Of a stretch of DNA of 64,000 bases, positions 58,607 to 64,000 are shown one piece after another (within the stretch, counting starts at the first letter, position 1; every line of letters starts with the position of its first letter). Under the pieces are notes generated by a model that ran no database searches, had not been told where the DNA came from, and saw only the letters and a list, made by a program, of their open reading frames with translations. The stretch is taken from the NCBI GenBank assembly GCA_963703315.1, contig OY969811.1, positions 2,912,001-2,976,000 of the forward strand, written 5' to 3'. Source of the DNA: an uncultured cyanobacterium. Its GTDB lineage: Bacteria; Cyanobacteriota; Cyanobacteriia; Pseudanabaenales; Pseudanabaenaceae. A program made the translations under genes and the position numbers.

Positions 58607-60933
58607 GCGATAAATATAATCAAACAGGAATTAGCGGTTCTACCTTTGGCGATAACGCTCAAATTGAGATTAAGCAGGAGATTAAAGCATCACGCCAAAA
58701 TCAAGCAATTCCTAGCAATGTACGGCATGGTTCACCCAACTTTGTCGGGCGAGAGGAAGAACTTGCAGAGATTCATACAAAACTGCAAGCGGGTCAGGGT
58801 GTAATCGTCTGTGCGGTGGAGGGGATGGGTGGTGTCGGTAAGACCGAACTTGCTCTGCAATATGCGACTCGCTATCAACAGGAATATGTGGCGCAGTATT
58901 GGTTGTCATTGCGGGAGATGGGATTGGCTCAGGCAGTGGTGACGATCGCTAGTCCTTATCTTGACTTACCCGAATCAATGCGATCGGCTAGTCTAGATCA
59001 ACAAGCAGCATGGTATTGGCAAAACTGGTTGCCTGAGACTGGCAAGCTATTGGTGATTCTCGATGATGTACCGAAGGCGGAGAGCATTCCCAATGTTGCC
59101 ATGCCCATCGATCCGCGTGTGCGGGTATTGGTAACGACGAGAGAACGGGAATTGAATGTGGGTTTTGAGTCTGTGCCTCTGGATGTGTTGTCAGAGGAGA
59201 AAGCACTGGAACTGTTAAGAAAAATAGTTGGCGCGGCAAAGGTAGATAAAGAACTTGTCACTGTCAAAGAGATTTGCAATACTCTGGGTTATTTGCCTTT
59301 GGGCTTAGAGTTAATTGGTGAATATCTGAGCAAAAATCGCTTTCTGACTTTTGCCAAGTTACAAGAAAGGTTAAATCTTGCCGATGAATCAATTGCACGG
59401 GAACGCAAGTATAGGTTTTATGGCGATCGTGGTGTGGAAGCAGCAATCCAACTGAGTTGGGATGACATCAGTGCTGGCTCTCAGAGAGTGGCGATGTTGT
59501 TAGGGCTGTTTGCACCTGTTGAGATTTTGTGGGAGTTGGTGGCTGAGATTGGAGCAAGTGCCGAAATTACGGAAGCAGAACTCAATGAGGCTAGAGGTCA
59601 GTTAGACAGTTTGCATTTGATTCAACCAACTGATGAAGAATGCAACTTTTATAAGATTCATACGCTAGTGCGTGATTTCTTTCGTACCAAGCTATTAAAA
59701 GCTGAAGAGAATCATCAGTTTCGGCAAGCATTTGTAACCAGTTTGCTGGCTATAGCTAAAGAAATACCCCAATCACCAACGCGAGATTTGATTGCAAAGA
59801 TAACTCCAGCTATTCCTCATTTAGATTTGTTGAGTCGCGAAATGCTGAGTGATATTCTCAATCGTGAAGAGGATTTGGTGTGGGCGTTCTTAGGAATTGC
59901 TTTTTACTATAATGGTCAAGGGCTATATGATTTGGCAATTCCACATCTAGAAAACTGCCTCAAATCTACGGAGTCATTATTAGGTGTCACTCATAGAGAT
60001 GTTGCACTTACCATGAGCAACTTAGCCGCAAACTACATAAAAACAAGGCAATATCAAAGGTCAGAGACTCTCCTTCTGCGATGTATAGAGATTTATCAAA
60101 ATACATCAAGAGAAGATGATCCTGAACTAGCACCAGTTTTTAACAACTTAGCCTCACTGCAAAAACAAAAGGGTAATTGGAACAAGGCTTTATATTATTA
60201 TCAAAAGTCTCTTGTACTTATTGAGAAAAAGTGGGGAAATCAGCATATAAAGGTAGCCACTATCTACAACAATGTTGGAGGAGTTTATGAATCGCTATGT
60301 GATTATGAACAAGCTGAGATGTTTTTTGTACTGTCGCTCAAAATAAGGGAAAGTTTTCTGGGTGCAGATCATCCAGATGTAGCACAAAGTCTTTGTAATC
60401 TTGCAGGAATTTACAGATTACAAAATAAACGTATCGAATCAGAAAACCTCTACATCCAATCAATTAAGATAAGAGAAAGTAAGCTAGGAATAGATCATGT
60501 TGATGTTGCTATTACCCTCAATAACCTTGCACTACTTTATTATGATTGGCAGAGATATTCTGAGGCAGAGTTTCTATTAAAAAAATCTCTTTTTATTAGG
60601 GAACGTCAAGTAGGAGCAGACCATCTTGATGTCGCCCAAAGTCTTAACAATCTTGCTTCACTGTACTACTTTCAAAGGAATTATAGCGAAGCCGAACCGC
60701 TCTATCTGCGATCGCTTTCCATTAGGGAACGTCAACTAGGAGAAGACCATCCCGATGTCGTCACTAGTCTCGACAATCTCGCAAGTTTGTACGAGTTGCA
60801 AGGAAGATATGAGGAAGCAGAGCCACTCTATGTAAAAGCATTAGAAATTCTGGAAGTTTCTCTAGGAATGGAACATCCAATTACACAAAAGTGTCGCGAT
60901 AATCTCCAGTCTCTACGCGATCTACAAAACTAA
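58603..60933 (+). CDS. NLR-like STAND protein: short N-terminal motif, NB-ARC, TPRs
   Basis: FVGRE, GMGGVGKT, LVILDDV, LVTTR, GYLPL, HTLV and HPDVA.SL.NLA repeats. Confidence 0.93.
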   Translation: MSDKYNQTGISGSTFGDNAQIEIKQEIKASRQNQAIPSNVRHGSPNFVGREEELAEIHTKLQAGQGVIVCAVEGMGGVGKTELALQYATRYQQEYVAQYWLSLREMGLAQAVVTIASPYLDLPESMRSASLDQQAAWYWQNWLPETGKLLVILDDVPKAESIPNVAMPIDPRVRVLVTTRERELNVGFESVPLDVLSEEKALELLRKIVGAAKVDKELVTVKEICNTLGYLPLGLELIGEYLSKNRFLTFAKLQERLNLADESIARERKYRFYGDRGVEAAIQLSWDDISAGSQRVAMLLGLFAPVEILWELVAEIGASAEITEAELNEARGQLDSLHLIQPTDEECNFYKIHTLVRDFFRTKLLKAEENHQFRQAFVTSLLAIAKEIPQSPTRDLIAKITPAIPHLDLLSREMLSDILNREEDLVWAFLGIAFYYNGQGLYDLAIPHLENCLKSTESLLGVTHRDVALTMSNLAANYIKTRQYQRSETLLLRCIEIYQNTSREDDPELAPVFNNLASLQKQKGNWNKALYYYQKSLVLIEKKWGNQHIKVATIYNNVGGVYESLCDYEQAEMFFVLSLKIRESFLGADHPDVAQSLCNLAGIYRLQNKRIESENLYIQSIKIRESKLGIDHVDVAITLNNLALLYYDWQRYSEAEFLLKKSLFIRERQVGADHLDVAQSLNNLASLYYFQRNYSEAEPLYLRSLSIRERQLGEDHPDVVTSLDNLASLYELQGRYEEAEPLYVKALEILEVSLGMEHPITQKCRDNLQSLRDLQN

Positions 60934-61418
60934 TGAATATGACTCCTAAAAGTATTGTGACTATTTATGACAAACAAGGGCGTGATTACCAAATTGAAGT
61001 TAATGAGCATGAGTCCATTCTTTCGCTTAAAGTTTATCGTTCGTTGGATTGTGTTGGACTAAGGGATATGGTCGGTCATATCGACTGTGTTTTTGAGTAT
61101 CCTAATGAAATGGTTCTAGGAGATATTCACTTTGAAGACAAGATAGACCGTAACCGACTAAAACGCATTTATGCATTTTTTCATCAAGAACCGAAAAACT
61201 ACCGCAGGCTGAGACTAGGAACTGCCACACTAAAATTTCTCATCAAATATATTAAGGAGAAAGGAATCAAAAAGCTTCATGGGTCAATAACTCAACGCGA
61301 TCTTACTGCTAACCCGAATCTAATCAAATGGTATCGAGATAATGGTTTTACAGTAGAAGCTCTAACGGCTCAAGAAATAGACAATAGTGTAGCCAAAATC
61401 TGTCTTTACCTGCTATAA
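60933..61418 (+). CDS. GNAT-like protein coupled to the NLR gene
   Basis: TAATG overlap; NYRRLRLGT and LIKWYRDNGF resemble acetyl-CoA-binding motifs. Confidence 0.7.
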   Translation: MNMTPKSIVTIYDKQGRDYQIEVNEHESILSLKVYRSLDCVGLRDMVGHIDCVFEYPNEMVLGDIHFEDKIDRNRLKRIYAFFHQEPKNYRRLRLGTATLKFLIKYIKEKGIKKLHGSITQRDLTANPNLIKWYRDNGFTVEALTAQEIDNSVAKICLYLL

Positions 61419-61444
61419 CGCCTAAAAACTACTTGACTGTAAAG

Positions 61445-61479
61445 GCGATCGCGGGTGTATTTTGGTTTTGATTTAGGCG
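61445..61479 (+). repeat. HIP1-associated direct repeat, copy 1
   Basis: gcgatcgcgggtgtattttggttttgatttaggcg. Confidence 0.9.
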
Positions 61480-61487
61480 TGGAATTG

Positions 61488-61898
61488 TTACTGAATCTGT
61501 AAAGTAAATTCTTGTATTTCTCTATTGCTAGCAGAATAATAGCTAACATTACCATCAGCAATCCTCACCACCTTTCCCATCCGCTTTGCTTTTACATTAA
61601 ACTCAGAGTTACGGAAGAGATTTCTGAGTAGAAGAGAGATTTCGGAAGCACGAGAATCTGGCAAATTAAAGCAGACTATACAAAAATATTCACTTATCGC
61701 TACTTTTCGCCAAAAATCCCGCTCATTGATAGTAATAAATGCAGGCTGCGCTTCTTTTCGCAACAACATAGGAATCGCTTCATCTTTAATAATCGAGTTA
61801 GGGCGCAAGTCCGTAATAAAGCAGACATTACCCTGATACCACTTGCCGATCGCCTGTTCTAGATTCGCTCCTAAAAGTTGTTCGTCAAGGACAATCAT
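61488..61898 (-). CDS. PIN-like (DUF5615/VapC45-type) putative toxin
   Basis: MIVLDEQL, IKDEAI and FITINERDF; ATGA-coupled to the upstream DUF433 gene. Confidence 0.7.
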   Translation of the reverse strand: MIVLDEQLLGANLEQAIGKWYQGNVCFITDLRPNSIIKDEAIPMLLRKEAQPAFITINERDFWRKVAISEYFCIVCFNLPDSRASEISLLLRNLFRNSEFNVKAKRMGKVVRIADGNVSYYSASNREIQEFTLQIQ

Positions 61899-62224
61899 GC
61901 TGCACTCAAAATAGGAAGACTCTCAAGAAAATGAGTTGTCACAACTTGAATCGCCTCAGCGATCGCCTCACGCGAAACCCTTCCCCGAAAACCAAGCACA
62001 ATATTTTCAACATTCTCACCCTTAGCTAAGCGCTCCATCACACCCGCAATCTCAATCCGAGTGTACTTAAAAGTTGGGCGATCGCCACAAACTCCCATAG
62101 CCCGAACAACATACTGCCCTAGTGGATAGTAGCTATAGGATTCGCCATTAATTATTTCAGTGACAAGCGATCGCATATAAACTTTTTCATCCAAAGATTT
62201 TAAAACAGTCATCTCCCAAACCAA
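61895..62224 (-). CDS. DUF433 domain putative antitoxin
   Basis: GVCGDRPTFKYTRI...LAKGENVENI...AIAEAI. Confidence 0.8.
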   Translation of the reverse strand: MVWEMTVLKSLDEKVYMRSLVTEIINGESYSYYPLGQYVVRAMGVCGDRPTFKYTRIEIAGVMERLAKGENVENIVLGFRGRVSREAIAEAIQVVTTHFLESLPILSAA

Positions 62225-62338
62225 TAATAAACTTTCTTCTTGTCAATACAAAAGCCATATTTTTGTAATTATATCACGGCAAAATTGCGCCCAATCCAAG
62301 TAGATTTTACGCACATCCATAATTTTTAAAGTAGCCAA

Positions 62339-62378
62339 GCGATCGCGAGTGTATTTTGGTTTTGATTTAGGCGATCGC
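62339..62378 (+). repeat. HIP1-bounded direct repeat, copy 2
   Basis: gcgatcgcgagtgtattttggttttgatttaggcgatcgc. Confidence 0.9.
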
Positions 62379-62389
62379 TAAAATATGTC

Positions 62390-62418
62390 TTGACCACAAG
62401 TAACATATAAGTTACTCT
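62390..62418 (+). promoter_or_regulatory. Probable TA promoter with a palindromic operator
   Basis: TTGACC-N17-TACTCT overlapping AGTAAC-N6-GTTACT. Confidence 0.55.
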
Positions 62419-62428
62419 GGTGTCTAGT

Positions 62429-62800
62429 ATGAAAGTCCAAGAATATATCCAAGAAGATGGCTCAAACCCCTATCAGAAATGGTTCGATAATCTAGATACG
62501 ATCGCTGCGGCAAAAGTGACAGTTGCAAAATCACGTCTAGAGTTAGGCAACACATCAAACATCAAATGGTTTGACGGAATTGGTGAATATCGAATTGATT
62601 GAGGCGCAGGATACCGAATTTACCTAGCCCAAGATGGCAGTCAACTCATAGTTCTATTTGGTGGAGGCACGAAAAAAGGTCAGCAATCCGATATTGAACG
62701 AGCTAAAGAACTACATCAAGAGTATAAAAGACGTAAAAAAGAGGCTAGACAAACAGCCGTAAAAGAAGAAATTGACAAAAAGAAGAAAAAGAAAAAATGA
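62429..62800 (+). pseudogene. RelE/HigB-type addiction-module toxin with an internal TGA
   Basis: ...[18 protein letters not shown]...[17 protein letters not shown]; the frame stays open to TGA at 62798-62800, overlapping the antitoxin ATG. Confidence 0.85.
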
Positions 62801-63129
62801 CAACTATACCCCTAACACGCGACTTTAAAGAAACAGTTAATGCAAGAGTCCAAAGAGATACAGCATTTGCCGCCGCTTTACTTGATGAAGCTATTTCCCT
62901 TTTCCTCAATGGTGAACCAGAAACCGCAAGACTCATATTGAGAGATCTCGTTAATGCCACCATCGGATTTGAAGAACTAGCGATCGCCACCTCAAAACCC
63001 AGTAAAAGCCTTCATAGAATGCTCTCTGCAAAAGGAAATCCCACAATGGATAATCTCACCGCTATTCTCAAAGTTTTGCGTAAAACCCTTCAAGTCGATA
63101 TCAAAGTACAGACTGTTAATTGTGCTTAA
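62797..63129 (+). CDS. HTH addiction-module antitoxin
   Basis: [29 protein letters not shown]. Confidence 0.88.
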   Translation: MTTIPLTRDFKETVNARVQRDTAFAAALLDEAISLFLNGEPETARLILRDLVNATIGFEELAIATSKPSKSLHRMLSAKGNPTMDNLTAILKVLRKTLQVDIKVQTVNCA

Positions 63130-63139
63130 AATATTTCTG

Positions 63140-63179
63140 CTGATCGTGAGTATATTTTAGTTTTGATTTAGGCGATCGC
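63140..63179 (+). repeat. HIP1-associated direct repeat, copy 3
   Basis: ctgatcgtgagtatattttagttttgatttaggcgatcgc. Confidence 0.85.
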
Positions 63180-63278
63180 TTAGTTTATATCCGCCAAGTT
63201 TCAGGCTATGCGATCGCCTAAAGTACTCATCCAAACTCCCTAATTGGCGATTATCCTTCTATCTAAATTTGTAAATCA

Positions 63279-63764
63279 ATGTCATCAAATATTGCAGTTA
63301 CTGAATTTGTGAAACCTGCGATCGCTTTAGGTAGTTTACGCAGAGTGCATCACATTGCTTTAAATGTTCGCGATATGCAAGCTTCCTGTGAGTTCTATGG
63401 CAATATTTTAGGACTACATCAACTTGTTGGTGATCAAGTTCCCAGCACTCTCGTGGATTTAGTCGCCGCAGGTAAAGTTGCTAACTTTATCACTCCCGAT
63501 GGAACTGTGATCGATCTATTTTGGGAACCAGACTTAACTCCACCAGATCCCAATCCACAGATGCAATTTACTCGCGCTAATCATCTTGCTTTTGATATTG
63601 CCCCTGAATTGTTTGATCAAGCTGTGGAAGTATTACGATCGCATCAAGTAGCGATCGAAGGTGAACCTGTGACACGTCCGACTGGTAGGGGCATTTACTT
63701 TTACGATCCTGATGGATTTTTAATTGAAATACGCTGTGATCCTATAGAAAAGCAAACAAACTAA
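63279..63764 (+). CDS. VOC/glyoxalase family protein
   Basis: HHIALNV..FYG.ILGL, HLAF and YFYDPDG..IEI. Confidence 0.92.
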   Translation: MSSNIAVTEFVKPAIALGSLRRVHHIALNVRDMQASCEFYGNILGLHQLVGDQVPSTLVDLVAAGKVANFITPDGTVIDLFWEPDLTPPDPNPQMQFTRANHLAFDIAPELFDQAVEVLRSHQVAIEGEPVTRPTGRGIYFYDPDGFLIEIRCDPIEKQTN

Positions 63765-63846
63765 AACCCAAGAAGCAATTTGTGGCGCTCCGCGCCGCAA
63801 ATTGCTTCTTGGGTTTTGTGTCCTAAGCAAAACTTTTTTTGCTATA
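63756..63846. mobile_element. Family A element overlapping the VOC stop codon
   Basis: Right end gtgtcctaagcaaaactttttttgctata is identical to that of 45361-45476. Confidence 0.65.
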
Positions 63847-63854
63847 TAGTATTT

Positions 63855-64000
63855 TTATGGGATAGAACTAGCTGCTCTATCCATAAACTCTTGCCAAGTG
63901 TCATTAGGTTGCCAAATTTTGTGTAAATCAGCGATCGCTTGCTCATGGTTTATGCCCCCTCGCAACCGACGATAGAGATAGACAAAGACTGACACACGCA
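63855..64000 (-). CDS. 3' end of a probable tyrosine-phosphatase-like (DUF442-type) protein
   Basis: RVSVFVYLYRRL...ADLHKIWQPNDTWQEF, stop at 63855-63857. Confidence 0.6.
   Translation of the reverse strand, partial: RVSVFVYLYRRLRGGINHEQAIADLHKIWQPNDTWQEFMDRAASSIP

Noticed and set aside
62600..62602. Selenocysteine or programmed readthrough at the toxin TGA
   Set aside because: The position fits a Trp/aromatic site rather than Cys and no SECIS-like hairpin is evident; nonsense mutation is simpler
61445..63179. CRISPR array or integron attC interpretation of the three direct repeats
   Set aside because: Spacers are 0.76-0.86 kb and contain genes; no clear RYYYAAC/GTTRRRY box pairs, and no cas or intI gene in the window

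Overview
Cyanobacterial chromosome segment. The HIP1 octamer GCGATCGC is very frequent, and gene content and repeat style suggest Pseudanabaena (inference). Most of the window is housekeeping: recR, gshB, minCDE, clpC, aspS, mfd, trmD, moeA, sigF-type sigma factor, atpD/atpC, thrC-like, clpS, rpsA, tlyA, acsF, pntAB, rsmA, rsfS, ftrV, tRNA-Phe(GAA) and tRNA-Pro(GGG). Intergenic spaces are full of palindromic REP/MITE-like elements. The main accessory region is 57.4-63.2 kb. It holds a candidate NLR amyloid-signalling module: a small helical effector whose C-terminal motif aligns ungapped with the N-terminus of a downstream NB-ARC-TPR protein, with the effector gene broken by a 109-bp tandem duplication. 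A coupled GNAT gene and toxin-antitoxin modules separated by three HIP1-associated ~40-bp direct repeats follow. Other notable items: a putative secreted GGGSR peptide upstream of a CHASE2-GGDEF-EAL receptor, a SigF-type factor with a duplicated sigma-2 domain carrying an Arg-rich insert, tandem IscR-type boxes upstream of the thrC-like gene, a toxin-50-like gene pair, and an unannotated 31-aa Lys-rich ORF. All family calls are from sequence recognition only; no database searches were run.
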